Shown here one piece after another: positions 37,211 through 50,067 of a stretch of 64,000 nucleotides of DNA (its first letter is position 1; the number at the start of each line of letters is the position of its first letter). The position numbers were made by a program, and so were the translations under genes. Source of the DNA: Octopus bimaculoides (Eukaryota); contig NC_068995.1 in assembly GCF_001194135.2 (NCBI RefSeq), positions 33,367,218 through 33,431,217 on the forward strand, read 5' to 3'. The notes under the pieces were generated by a model. The model ran no database searches. It saw only the letters and a program-made list of their open reading frames with translations, and was not told where the DNA came from.

Positions 37211-37963
37211 CTGACTCCCACGGAGTAGTTTATTGTTTACTCTGGTTTCCTTGTTTATTCCTCTTAACTGTTGTCTCCCTAATTTGGTTTTTTTATATCC
37301 GTAACCTGTCTTACGTAGCGAGCATATGTAGTATATAATGTGTATGATTGACAAAAACAAAACTTTTTAAAAACCATCTCTTACTCCTGAAAAGAAAATA
37401 CTCGGAAAGTATTATCAGAATAGCGATATAAAGCTCATTTCACTTTCTAATAACATTTGCTGCTACTTCACGCAGCGCTAAATGTCGTTTACTCATGTTT
37501 TATGTTTGGTTCAAAGTAGTAATTTCACGGCGAATCACGTCCGTCACCCAGTTCTGATTTCACCCTTGTTAGTACACTTCAAAGAGGTGTTGTTGCACTT
37601 ACAACTCGGCTACCCTTTCTGTAATTATTGGAAATTTCACGGACGTCGTGGTAGGTTTTAAGTGAAACTGCATCGTCGATCCGATTTCGATTTACCAATG
37701 GAACCGTTTGATTCGCGCTAAACAATTAACAGAGAGATGATTGATACATTTGCCATTCCGTTTCTGCACGCACCTGAAGGTTCCTGTTCACGTAAAATGA
37801 GTATTGCGAGTGTAGAGTATAGAGGTTAGTAGCTTTAGATAGTTTACAGTACCCATTGTGATATGTTGTGAGTTTAATTTTAACTAAGTTGAAGTCGATA
37901 GCGTAAGGTTTCGTTAATATTACGCAGTCGTTGTTATGCAATTGCAATTATAGATTAACTGAG

Positions 37964-38156
37964 ATTCTGATTAGGAGCTCCATACTTTATAGGAAAGAAA
38001 AAATACGGGAATGGGGGTATAAATGTAAAAAAAAATTGAAATAAAAAATAATAATAATTTAGGATTGTAATTGAAATTGGAATACTGAAAATACCGAAAA
38101 AATTAAGAAATATACTATTTTCCTTTCCTGTTAGGTATGGCGCTCCTAATCGGAAA
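37964..38156. mobile_element. Small MITE-like element with ~40-bp imperfect TIRs
   Basis: tctgattaggagctccatactttataggaaag versus the reverse complement of ctttcctgttaggtatggcgctcctaatcgga. Confidence 0.55.
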
Positions 38157-40539
38157 CTGTTAATAAATTGTCGATTTAAATTTAGAGACTCGATTTCTTT
38201 TCTCAAAAATTATGAACAGTTCTACGTTTACTTTTCCTACAATTCTAAGGACTTTCTTTTAAGAAGTTATTTGATTGTCTTAGATAAATTCACGATCGCA
38301 ATAGCGGCTCCTCTTCATTAATATGAAATCATCTTCACTGATGTAATTGTTTGTTTTATGATTTCTGTTGTGGTGGCCAGTGGGGGTGTATTATAATAGA
38401 GCGTCGACCCAGATGCTTTACTGAATCTAATTCTTAGTTTAAACTGAGTGACGACTTTGTCTTTCAACATTCTAGAATTGATAAAACAAGCACCTGTATT
38501 TATTAAAGTCAACTAAGCCAACTCTAACTTTAAAAGTTAATGGTTTATATTTAATCAAGCAGAATTATGTTTCGTTCAAGTAAATTTTCTGTCTTCTGCT
38601 ATTACCAACTTCATTCCCTTGGTAACATTTTAACCTTCTTGAAATGTGTTCATTCCATTACTTCAGTTTTATTACTATTGGTATTATGTTGTTAGAAAGT
38701 ATATCTTAGGTTGCTAATTCCCCTGAGATGCATGATCATCGAAACTACATTTTTTATGTAAAAAAACTTATTTTATTATTTACTTACTATTGAAATTCGC
38801 TTTTGTCTGAAAATTACGAACAATTCTGCCTTAAAAAAAATTTTTTATTAGCAAGCTCACTTCTCCAAGACTACAATATGGCTACTGTTTATAAGAATCT
38901 GTGAAAATATATATTTACTGATGTTTTAATAAAGCATAAAAAAAAACACGTCTTGTTGCGAGCTCTTAACGTTTTTTTACCTTGCACCTTATCATAATCG
39001 TGGATTTGTCTATATAAAGCGACATTGCACGTTTGCACGTCCACATGCTTACCAACACATCGAGACATACATGCATACACAAATACATACACTGTAAATA
39101 TATGTATACACGCACACGTTTATAAAGATGGATACAAAGTTATAAATATATCTATAGCGATAGCTATGGGTCACTATTGTTTCTTCATAATTACTTAGCT
39201 TGGTACTACTACTATTGCCGCCATCGACACCACTACTATTATCATCTCTGTCACCCCCACTTTTTTTCTCTCCTCTATACTTCATTCACTCCTCTTACTT
39301 TTTAATTTATCTCCGCTCGTCTCTCCTCCCTTCTCTATCACACATACACAACACTCTCTTCCCACTGGCGCCCTCACCGTACGCTTGTCCCTATGAGATG
39401 ATATACTTTATCGATCTGTCAAAACTGGGTTGATTTATGCTGCACCGCCCACATTGCTATCGATGCAATGACTGGATAAGAGTTCGGTTAATTATTCAGA
39501 GCCGTTCAGATCGAAACCAGCATTGAAGCCGATTAACGGTGATGTGAAAAGTTGTTGGGGTTAGCAGATACGATTATATTGCTTGGAACATTCAAGCTAC
39601 AGTTTATAAGTCTTTTCAATCCCATCGATTCGGAATCCTAGCTCATTTTTTTTTCTTTCTCCTTTACTCCATCTTTAATTGGTGCTATTGTATAGCAACA
39701 ATACTCTCATTGGAGGTGAATTCGCCTTTCATTTATTGATGCTAATGTTCACCTTTCATGCACGATCAAAACAAATGTCAGTTATATACTGGATCGACCC
39801 AATTGACAAATCCCTACTCTATAAATTGTGTGAATATGTACCAACGTTAGGAACTATTATCACTATCACTAGTATTGTTGTAATGGTAATAGTGATGATA
39901 CAAGTGGAAGGGGGCAAGCTACTTGCTTTATGTTTCAATGTTCTAAGTTCTACCACTCAGAGTTGTCTTTGCCTTTCATTATAAAATTTGGGTAAATGAA
40001 AGTATCATTTAACTAAGACAGTGAAAAATTATGAATAAAGACAAGGCATATATATTTTATTTTTGTTAATTTCATATCTCCAATTAGCGTGCAAAATAGA
40101 AATAACTTCTTACCCCCCCCCCTTAATAAGTCAAAACATTTTCTATTACTCATAATTACTGTGCATGTCCAAGTGTTTGTGCACATATATTTCTGTGTCT
40201 GTATGTAACACCCATTTTATATATGGTTGCCTGGGCTAGACGGAATTCATTGTAGATTTTCTATGTCCGGATACCATTTCTGTTACTAACGTTCGCTTAT
40301 TTCCCAGCAAGGTTTCTCTATAGTCGGGCATGTTTTCATGGAGATTGGAAATGAATAACACTTGTATGATGTTGAAACACACAAATGTCAAACGATTCCA
40401 AGACAAGGAGATACACACTCACACACACATGATGAACTTTTTTCATATAGAAACTACTACCTCCAGAGAGTTTCCAGTGCATTCAAGAGAATCTATTTTC
40501 TTTTGTGTCCTTAATGTTTGTTGCTCTTGTACATCTTCC

Positions 40540-40960
40540 GCATACAAACACTATCCATTAGCCCTCATGTGATTCCACTACATCTTTTGTGTGTTCATAG
40601 CTTGCACTGAGTACATCACCTTTTCTACATATTGACCAGGGACATTTACCTGAAGGGAATAGAATCCTGTCTGTTTTCCTACTTACTGGAGCTTTGGTCT
40701 TTCTTAAGTTAACTTTTAAGCTAACTTTGGCTTCCACACCTGGAATTTCTTTTCTAATTCTATTATAGAATTTGCTATGAGAATAAGGTCATCAGCGTAT
40801 ATTGTAGTTCCTAAGGGTAGCCAGTCTTAAATTCTTCCATTATGGTCTGGAGGACAATGATTAATAAGAGCAGGTTGAGAACCAAGTCCTAATGAACAGA
40901 AAAGGAGTAGGTATTTCCATATGCCATATCCAGTATAAGCAATGGACACACGAGATGTAG
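40540..40960 (-). mobile_element. Old RTE-type LINE RT fragment
   Basis: Minus strand GNTYSFSVH*DLVLNLLLLIIVLQTIMEEFKTGYP*ELQY-ADDLILIANSIIELEKKFQVWK...SGKCPWSICRKG (GVHQGSVLSP, YADD and downstream Cys motif). Confidence 0.8.
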
Positions 40961-42436
40961 GGGAATCACTGGCAGACTATCAGAGAATGTAAGCTGCATA
41001 TGTGATAAATGCACTGGAGTAGTACATACTATGAACACACTAGAAACAAACTCTCCTAAATCCCTGGTGGGTTCACTAGTAGTAGTTGATTGCTTTTGTT
41101 GCCTCGGAAGTGGTTGCTTCAAAAGTATTTTAGCCAGGGTAAGAACAGGTTAGAAAAAGTTTAGGTAACTTCTACTGGTGCTGGCAGCAAAAGATTTTTT
41201 CCCCTCAGAGTGTAGTACATATTGTATGATGCTTGTGTTAGTATTACATCTGGACCAGGTGAGTTTTCCCGTATTGAGTCAAATTATCCATCTTTCTTTC
41301 TTGATACTGTCCTCTCCACTCATATATTACATTGATCACCATCTTAAGCCTCCAGATTTTCTCCTCTACCATCATATCTCCCCTCTATCACTTCATCTGT
41401 TCCTCATCTATTCACATCAGCTCACCAACATGCTTACAACCGACCCAATTGTTAATTCCCTTTCTTTCATGTATCATCTCTCTTTCTTCCTTTGCCACAG
41501 TATCATTATTATTACTATTCCAGGTCTTTGTGACCAGTTATTACTGCTCTACTGCTTTTCACCATCCCATCTCTCTTTCTGTGCAGTCAGCCATCTCTCC
41601 TCTAATTATCTCAACTCCTGTACCATTATTCACTCTTCAAGTCCCCCACAACCCTTACCCAGTTTCTACAGTTAACATCTACTCTTCTCCATCATCCCTC
41701 AACTCTTTCCATAATATTCACCCTCTTACTCATTCTCTCACTCTAACTCACTCTTACAGCCTCTACCCATGGTGACATCTTGCACCACTATTTTTATTCT
41801 TTTCCAGTTTCACCCCAGTCACTCCCAACTCCCTTCTATAATGTAAGTAGCCATGTTGCTCCTACAGCCAGAAATCTGTTCTGCTCAAGCCCCTTAACCC
41901 ATAACATAAAGCTGCTTCCCTCTCAACTGTAGGCCTCTTCAACCAAAGGGTGTCTTAGTCTTGCAGGTTTGTACAACATGCACCCAATACATGTTGCAAA
42001 GAGTAAAGTGATTGGCACAAGGAAAGGCATCCAGCCACAGAAACCATGACAAAGTAAACACTGATGCATATTGCTGTCTATGGAATCATCAGATCCACTG
42101 TGTGCGCGCATACACATGTATGAACATGTGTACATAGTATAATATAATCTCTCTCTCTCTCTCTCTCTCTNNNNNNNNNNNNNNNNNNNNNNNNNNNNNN
42201 NNNNNNNNNNNNNNNNNNNNNNNNNNNNNNNNNNNNNNNNNNNNNNNNNNNNNNNNNNNNNNNNNNNNNNNNNNNNNNNNNNNNNNNNNNNNNNNNNNNN
42301 NNNNNNNNNNNNNNNNNNNTTTATTCAAGTAAATGTTATAAACCTCATTAAGGGATAATAAAATCCAATGAAAATACTGGTTAGTTACCAATCCATAGAA
42401 AGTTCAACTATAGGGTAACCATATAAACCGTGGTTT

Positions 42437-42552
42437 ATATATTTAAAGAATCAGGAGAAAATGGAGAGATAATTAATAAAATATTATTTATTAATTATTA
42501 ATAAATAATATTTTATTAATTACCTCTCCATTTTCTTATTCTTTAAATATAT
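42437..42552. repeat. AT-rich near-perfect palindrome (~116 bp)
   Basis: atatatttaaagaa..gagaaaatggagagataattaataaaatattatttattaat mirrored by attaataaataatattttattaattacctctccattttcttattctttaaatatat. Confidence 0.85.
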
Positions 42553-42577
42553 GTGTGTGTATGTGTATGACTATGTA

Positions 42578-43442
42578 TGAAGTGGTATCAAAAAGTTCCA
42601 GGATTAGTTATGTTTAATAAAAAATAACTTATTTATCTAAGTTTTAACATCATCTCTTTCGAAATAGTCACCTTGTGCAACAATACACTGGTCCCAGCAT
42701 TCCTGCCACTTTTGGAATCCAGCCTGGAAGTCAAGCAAGTCAAGGACCTGCGATTCGCTTTGGATCTCGACAACAGTGTTAAAACAACAACCTTTGTGCT
42801 GCATTTTCATATTGGGGAAGTCTGCAGGTGCTAAATCTGGCAAATAGGGTGGGTGTGGAGGTGATACCCTGTTGATTTTGGCAAGAAACTTGTGAGGAGA
42901 GCTTAGTGAAGAATTCAACTCTTCATACTCCACAGATCCAGTCACTTTTGTCGAACGTCCTCCACCAAATGCTTCAAAACATTGCAGTAGAACTCTTGAT
43001 TGATTGTCTGGCCCTGAGGGACAAATTCTTGATACACAATACCACATTTCCTGGAGTGACACTTGTGGCAGCTCTTCCAGATTGTTCATCGTCTTCCAGG
43101 TTGTTCTTCCACTTTTGAAGTGCCAGTGCCACTCAAAACATTGTATACAACCCATTGCCGTAAAGTTGCCGAAACATACTTAATGTCTCTCTAGCAGACT
43201 TCGCAAGTTTAATGCAAAATTTCACGTTAGCTCTTTGTTTCTGTCCATGACAAAATTGCACACTACAGCATACACGTGATTACAAAAACACAAATTTCAC
43301 AACTTGCAAAGTAAACATAGCAATGTCACTTGGCACACTGCCTCATGAAGGTCACTGCTAGCTCTAACTGTACACACAAATGTGTGCTGCTATCTGTTGG
43401 CGCACTGCAGAAATAGTTTCAGAACTTTTTGATACCACCTCA
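42578..43442 (-). mobile_element. Mariner transposon, internally deleted
   Basis: TIRs tgaagtggtatcaaaaagttcc / gaactttttgataccacctca; transposase C-terminus PHPPYLPDLAPADF...KGCCFNTVVEIQ...FQKWQECWDQCIVAQGDYFE (HPPYSPDLAPSDF motif). Confidence 0.88.
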
Positions 43443-44351
43443 TGTGTGTATATGCAGGTGTCTCTGTGAGTGTATACACATACACAACTTGGGTAACCAT
43501 CTATCTCTCTTGTCCCTCTACCATACTATCAACTCATTGCCTTGCACCATCAGTTACCTGTCTATTGCTTTTTCTGTCTACTCTTCTCACTTGACCATCA
43601 CTCTATCTTCTTTTTCTTGCTTTTTGCATCCTTCCTTCCTTTGTTTCCTATCATTCTATCTCTACCTACATTTCTAACTATCTACTTGCCCTTTGTTTGT
43701 TCTTTTTGCCTACCTTTCTATTTCCTCCTCTGTCTACTGTTGTTACTTAATAACTGTCTATCTTTTCCCCTTTTTATTTCCACATTTTCTCTTCATATAT
43801 GTTAATCTCTAACTTTCTAGCTACTCTTTTATTTATTTCATCTATTCCCTACGCTTTCTTCTCTCTGTATGGGCCTTCCTTCTCTCCCATTCTCTTTCTA
43901 CCCGCTATTACCTTTTCTTCTTCTCCCTTCCCAACTGCATAGCCATCCTGTTTCTAAAACTACCCATCCTTTTTGGATTGACTGTTCTCTTATTCAGTTG
44001 GGTTTTCCCTCTCATGTTTTAGATTTTTAATTTAGATCCAAGCTCATGGCTTGCCTATGTTTATCTTGTTTTTCTACATATCTTCCTGTTCTCATAACTT
44101 GTCCTTTTCACCACAGTCTAGAGAAACCTGTCATGTTTACTCATTTATACCCTAGTAGCTGTTTGCTGTTGATGCCACCAAATTGAACAATATTATAGAT
44201 AAGGCATTGAAATTGTGAGGATTTTGGTTGATAATTGATGAGGGGTGAGCCTGTTCACATCCTTTGTGTGTTTTCCCTGTTTCTTTGTCATCCTCCTGTG
44301 TAACATTTTACTTTTGTGTAGGTGTATGTATATATACATATACAGACATAC

Positions 44352-44760
44352 ACAGGATGGTGCACATAAAATAGCCTGAGGTCTATAGCATAGCATCACA
44401 TTAGTTGATTGTAAGATTGAATTGAGTGAACATCTCTAGCCTTTTCTGTTCTGCAAGATGACATACTCAATAGTGGAAAGAGTGGAAATTGTGGGAGTGT
44501 GAGAACAGGTTCTGTTAAGTAAGTGCATGAAAGCTTCTGGGTAAAGGCTTACCAGCAAAGAGAAATATACAACACCCCCAAACAAAGAGGCCTTACGGTT
44601 TGAATGCCAGAAGTTATTCAAGATATTCACCAAAGGATTACTCGAAGTCTAAAGAAGTCAACACATAAATTGGCACAGGTCATGCCAGCAGGTGTTGAAA
44701 AGTCTAAAGTTGTAGCCATATCATTTCACATATGTACAACAATTAGAACCCTACTTTTTT
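44352..44760 (+). mobile_element. Decayed Tc1/mariner-superfamily transposase 5' part
   Basis: cacaggatggtgcacataaaa TIR-like start; MTYSIVERVEIV...; EVIQDIHQRITRSLKKSTHKLAQ...PYHFT.VQQL (HTH region). Confidence 0.5.
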
Positions 44761-44877
44761 GGTTGAAATAACACCATAACATTTACAAATGAAAAGCTGG
44801 GTACTTTTTTGTGTGCAAATTTATTTCTGTATTTGCACTATTCAATAGAATCCAGACTACTTTTTTGTGTGCATGCA

Positions 44878-44881
<4 letters not shown>

Positions 44882-44945
<64 letters not shown>
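44882..44945. repeat. (CA)n microsatellite
   Basis: Direct observation. Confidence 0.95.
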
Positions 44946-44948
<3 letters not shown>

Positions 44949-45359
44949 TAAAAGAATTAGAAAGAGACAAGATCATTGATTTTTCTTCTTAAAGCTTCAT
45001 TCAAAACTCAAATCAAGTTACAGTGTTCCAGCACATTGAACTAGAACAAGGGATACTGCTCAGCAGTCAGAAAACAAAAAAAGGACAAATTTTGTCAATG
45101 GGTGGAAATACCAGGATGATTGAAGTAGCCCTGGTATGATTTGTAAGTGTTAGATTTTGATAAGAACTATATGAGAAGAAAGTTCACATTGAGAACTTTC
45201 AATTGATATATAATTTTCCACAGAAAAAATATATTTTGACATGAAAATGAAGAAGCAAAAAGTGTATTTTTGCACGGTCAGACTGTGCTTCTTTCTGTGG
45301 TGAGAAAGTATTGAAGCAAGGAGATGGAAATGGCTGGGTTCAGTTTGTTGCTATGAATC

Positions 45360-45575
45360 AAACTCAGTTGTCAAGATTGCTTTGCAATGGGTTCTACAAG
45401 GTAAAAGAAGACGTGGCCAACCAAATGAAATGTGGCGGAAAACAATAACAAAAGATCTTAAAAGCAGAGGGTTAACAATAGAACATGTTGTCAAGGATGC
45501 TTTCAATGTTAGAGGGTGGAATAATCTTGCTGTCATCTCATGTGCCACAAGGCACAATGAGAACTGAATGAATGA
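45360..45575 (+). mobile_element. LINE ORF2 extreme C-terminus (RTE-like)
   Basis: WVLQGKRRRGQPNEMWRKTITKDLKSRGL...DAFNVRGWNNLA.ISCATRHNEN* (GKR.RGRP..TW...DL motif), followed by (TGAA)n. Confidence 0.7.
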
Positions 45576-45589
45576 ATTATTATAAGAGA

Positions 45590-45890
45590 AGAGGTTTGGC
45601 GGAATTGTTAGAGCATCAAACAAAATGCTTTCTTCTGATCCTTTGTTTCAAGTTCAATCCCCACTCAGGTCATCTGCCCCTCTAATGTAGGCATTGAGCT
45701 GGCAGAATCCTTACTGCGTTTGACAAAATGCTTCACAGCATTCTTTTCAGTTCAAATGCTGCCGAGGTCGACTTTGCATTTCATCCTTTGGAGTTGGTAA
45801 AATAAGTACCAGTTCAGCACTCAGATTGATGTATTTAACTATACACCCTCCCCAAAAATTTTAGGCCTTGTGCCTATAGTAGAAAGAATT
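45590..45890 (+). mobile_element. Family B SINE copies
   Basis: gagctggcagaatcc...gccgaggtcgactttgcatttcatcctttggagttggtaaaataagtaccagttcagcac...ggccttgtgcctatagtagaaag. Confidence 0.8.
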
Positions 45891-45989
45891 ATTATAGTTA
45901 CTATAATAATTAAAATACTATATTTATTTCCAACATTCAGATATATACTTTAAAGAGCTGGCTAAAGTAGTTTGTTTCATCTTTAATTT

Positions 45990-47670
45990 TTTGCTTGTTT
46001 CAGTCATTAGACTGTGGCCATGCTGGGGCATTGCCTTGAAGAATTTTAGTTGAATGAGTCAATCCCAGTACCTCCTTTTTTTTTATTCTATTAGTCTCTT
46101 TTTCCAAACCACTAAGTTACAGGGACATAAATACACCAACATTGGTTGTCAAGTGATGATGAAGGACAAACACAAAGATGCACACACACACACACACACA
46201 TGCACAATGGGCTTCTTGCAATTTCCATCTATCAAATCCACTCAAGCCTTTGGTTGACATGAGACTATAGTGAAAGATGCTTTCCCAAGGTTTCATGTAG
46301 TGGGACTGAACCCAGATCCATGTGGCTGAGAAGCAAGCTTCTTACCACACAACCGTGCCTGTTACACAATACATTAAGAGTTTATAACATTGTTTTTGTT
46401 AGGTTTAAAAAATTTTTTTTATTGTTGGAGCTTATTTATTTACTCTCTTAAATACATCTTAGAAGACAGGCATACTTATATTCAGATCTTTTGTTGGTAA
46501 ACTTTGGCAATATATACGAACATTACTATTGCTGCTTTCAACATTTGAAACATGTCTCTGTAAATCTATTCATGTCTTCACAAAATTATGTACCTTTCCA
46601 CTTGTGCAATGTACAGATGGAAATTGGATATATATATATCCTTTTATTCTTTTACTTGTTTCAGTCATCTGACTGCTGCCATGCTAGAGCACCACCTTGA
46701 GGGGATTTAGTTGAACAAAATGATCCCTGGACTTGTTTTTTAGCTCTAGTACTTATTCTATCAGTCCCTTTTGCTGAACCGCTAACTTACAGACATAAAC
46801 ACATCGACACCATTGTCAAGTGGTAATGGTGGGGAGCAAACACATACACAAAGACATACACACATAGATAAATATGTATATATATATATATATATATATA
46901 TNNNNNNNNNNNNNNNNNNNNNNNNNNNNNNNNNNNNNNNNNNNNNNNNNNNNNNNNNNNNNNNNNNNNNNNNNNNNNNNNNNNNNNNNNNNNNNNNNNN
47001 NNNNNNNNNNNNNNNNNNNNNNNNNNNNNNNNNNNNNNNNNNNNNNNNNNNNNNNNNNNNNNNNNNNNNNNNNNNNNNNNNNNNNNNNNNNNNNNNNNNN
47101 NNNNNNNNNNNNNNNNNNNNNNNNNNNNNNNNNNNNNNNNNNNNNNNNNNNNNNNNNNNNNNNNNNNNNNNNNNNNNNNNNNNNNNNNNNNNNNNNNNNN
47201 NNNNNNNNNNNNNNNNNNNNNNNNNNNNNNNNNNNNNNNNNNNNNNNNNNNNNNNNNNNNNNNNNNNNNNNNNNNNNNNNNNNNNNNNNNNNNNNNNNNN
47301 NNNNNNNNNNNNNNNNNNNNNNNCCCACTACTCTCTTGGTGTGGTTGGTGTTAGGAAGGGTGTCTAGCTGTAGAAACATTGTCCCCAGTCAAACCATCCA
47401 ACCTATGCCGGCATGGAAAAACAGACATTAAACAATGATGATTATCATCATCATGTATGTGTCTTTGTGTCTGTGTTTGTCCCCCCCCCCCCACCATCGC
47501 TTGACAGCCGATGTTGATGTATTTATGTCCCCATAACTTAGTGGTTCAACAAAAGAGATCAATAGAATAAGTACCAAGCTTACAAAGAATAAGTCTTGGA
47601 TTTGATTTGTTTGACGAAAAGGTGGTGCTCCAGCATGGCTGCAGTCAAATGACTGAAACAAATAAAAGAA
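45990..47670. mobile_element. Cluster of family A SINEs (45990-46360 -, 46645-46900 -, 47455-47670 +) and a family C tail (47325-47455 -) around gap 46902-47323
   Basis: Same diagnostic motifs as the other copies. Confidence 0.8.
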
Positions 47671-47780
47671 TATATATATAAGTATAATTGAATTTAAATA
47701 TCAATTAACCATTATGGTCTTGTTAGTATGCTGGCCACTGAGAAATAAATAATGACTTTATCCTAATTATGTATAAATAA

Positions 47781-47816
<36 letters not shown>

Positions 47817-48329
47817 ACAAATAACCATGTATCATATATATACATATAGTCAATTTTAGAAGTTTGTGTTCCATTGTATCAACTTGCAGTTAAAATTCCT
47901 GTTTTTAATCCAAACTTGTTAGTTATTATGGTGACAATAATACCTACCTACCTACTTATCTTTCTTCCACATACACATTCTCTCTCTCTCTCTTTCTTTC
48001 TATCTCAACACCAACCTTTTCTCCACATATGTCCATTTATCATTGTGTTGAAATGCCAGCTGAATCAACCTTGCCTTTTATCCTCCTATAACCAATAAAA
48101 TAAATATTAGTCTTGTACTACTGTGAATTCTATTGACTACCATTTCTATAATGTTAAAATTCTTTGACACTCAAGAAATTATCCCAAACTTTTAAGATTA
48201 AGAATTAATTTTCAAATTAACATCTTCAGAGTGGCATAAATTCAGTTATTTTTGGATGAATTTCCATTAGATAGAAATGGTGTGGTTTTGAAAACTTCTA
48301 TTATTTGATTATAAATAACAATAATATTA

Positions 48330-48990
48330 ATAATTCTTTCTACTATAGGAACAAGGCTTGAAATTTTGAGGGAGCTAGTTGATTATCTAAATCCCAGTGT
48401 TTGACTGGTACTTATTTTATCAACACTAAAAGGATGAAAGGCAGTTGACTAAGCATTTTGTTTGATGGTTAACAATTCTGCCACTAAGCATTTTGTTTGA
48501 TGGCTAACAATTCTGCCAGCTTGCTATCTTAGTAGTAGTAGTAAAAATGATTTCAAATTTTGGCACAAGGCCTACATTTTCAGGGCAGTGGGCAGGTGGA
48601 TTACATCAGCCCAGTGTTCAACTGGTACTTACTTTATCGACCCTGAAAGGATGAATGGCAAAGTTGACCTCAGCAGAATTTGAACTCAGAACTTAAGGAC
48701 AGACGAAATGCCACTTAGCATGCTAATGATTTTGCCAGTTGCCGCTTTAATAATAATGATGATAATAATAATAATTTTGGTACAAGGCCAGCAAAGGGTA
48801 AGTCGATATCGATCCCAGTGCTCTGTTGGTACTTGCATTATCAATGTTGAAAGGATGAAAGGTAAAGTCGACTTCAGCAGAATTTGAACTCAGAACATAA
48901 GACAAGTAAAATGCCACTAAACATTTTGCCTGGTATGCTAACGATTCTGCCAACTCATTGCCTTCAAATAATAATAATGATGATAATGAT
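48330..48990 (-). mobile_element. Head-to-tail cluster of three family B SINEs separated by (TAA)/(TAG)n
   Basis: Units at 48335, 48545 and 48770; a 35-bp tandem duplication actaagcattttgtttgatggYtaacaattctgcc at 48448-48517. Confidence 0.8.
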
Positions 48991-48999
48991 AATGATAAA

Positions 49000-49170
49000 G
49001 TCAGATGTTCTGGCCCTAGATAGGCTAATCTTTGAGATGCAGTCCTAGCTGTGCCAAGGCTGTGCTTTCTCCAAGAGAAATCCACGGAAATAGGAGCCCC
49101 TGCATTTGAAATGATTGTGTGGGCTCTTGCTATGTCATTCATGTTGGGAGTGTGTGTAGAGGGAGACATT
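49000..49170 (-). mobile_element. CR1/L2-like LINE RT-thumb fragment
   Basis: AGAPISVDFSWRKHSLGTARTASQRLAYL (LG..IS.DLSW..H...A..ASQRL motif). Confidence 0.55.
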
Positions 49171-50067
49171 GGGGTTTTCTTGCTATGAATGGTACTTGAC
49201 TATTTAGGAGATATACACCAATAAAACTGTTATTGAAACAAATAAACCAGTGCGTTCACCAAGTAAAGCTGAATATGTGCAATAACTAACAAGAAATTAA
49301 AACTCCTCATAGGTTTTTGACCTTTAGCTTGTGTATATTAAATATTAATAACTTGTGTTTGTTATTATTTAGTGTGAGGAAGAAGAAAAAGGAGCAATAT
49401 CCATGACCTTTAAGGGTTCTTCTAGATTAAGTTGTTGTGTGGATCAGGAGAGTATTTCAGACAATAAAATGAGTTGGCTAAAATACAGGTTACATGAAGG
49501 TATGAGAAAATAGTGTATCAGGTGATTTTGGGGATAGCTAATTTATGATCCAGTGATTATTGTGTGTTGGTGAGTGAGTCTTTGTCAGTCACTTGAATGG
49601 CCATGTTTATAAAGTGTTTGTATATCTACCAGATATGTGAACAGTATTCCAAAGTGTGTTGTACTTGAGCTTAAATAAAGAGTTTATAAAGCAATCAGGA
49701 CTGAAGTGTTTTTCTGGCCTTGAAAAATAAATAGAATTTGGGATACAGTTTTCGGCAATGTTATACATTTGAACAAGCCATGAGCAATAGTTGGATACTG
49801 TCAAGACTAACATTTGTAATGACTTTCATGGATGACTTGTGATGCTTTTATGCTTAGGAGTGTAGTGCAGCACTGTTTCTTTAGTTATGAATTGTGTTTG
49901 AATTAAAGAATACACATTTGTTGTGTCCCACTGGAGGTTTTGTTCAACACTTCTATCCATGAGAGTCACACTTCAACCCTTTAGCATTTAAACTGGCCAT
50001 ATCCAACCCAAAATATTCTATTTTTACATGCAAACGTAGTAGAATCAGCCCCTCACACCTACCCTGC

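Noticed and set aside
41178-41775. 165-aa and 147-aa pyrimidine-rich ORFs (also 43429-43805)
   Set aside because: Low-complexity CT-rich antisense of decayed LINE or simple sequence; no domain
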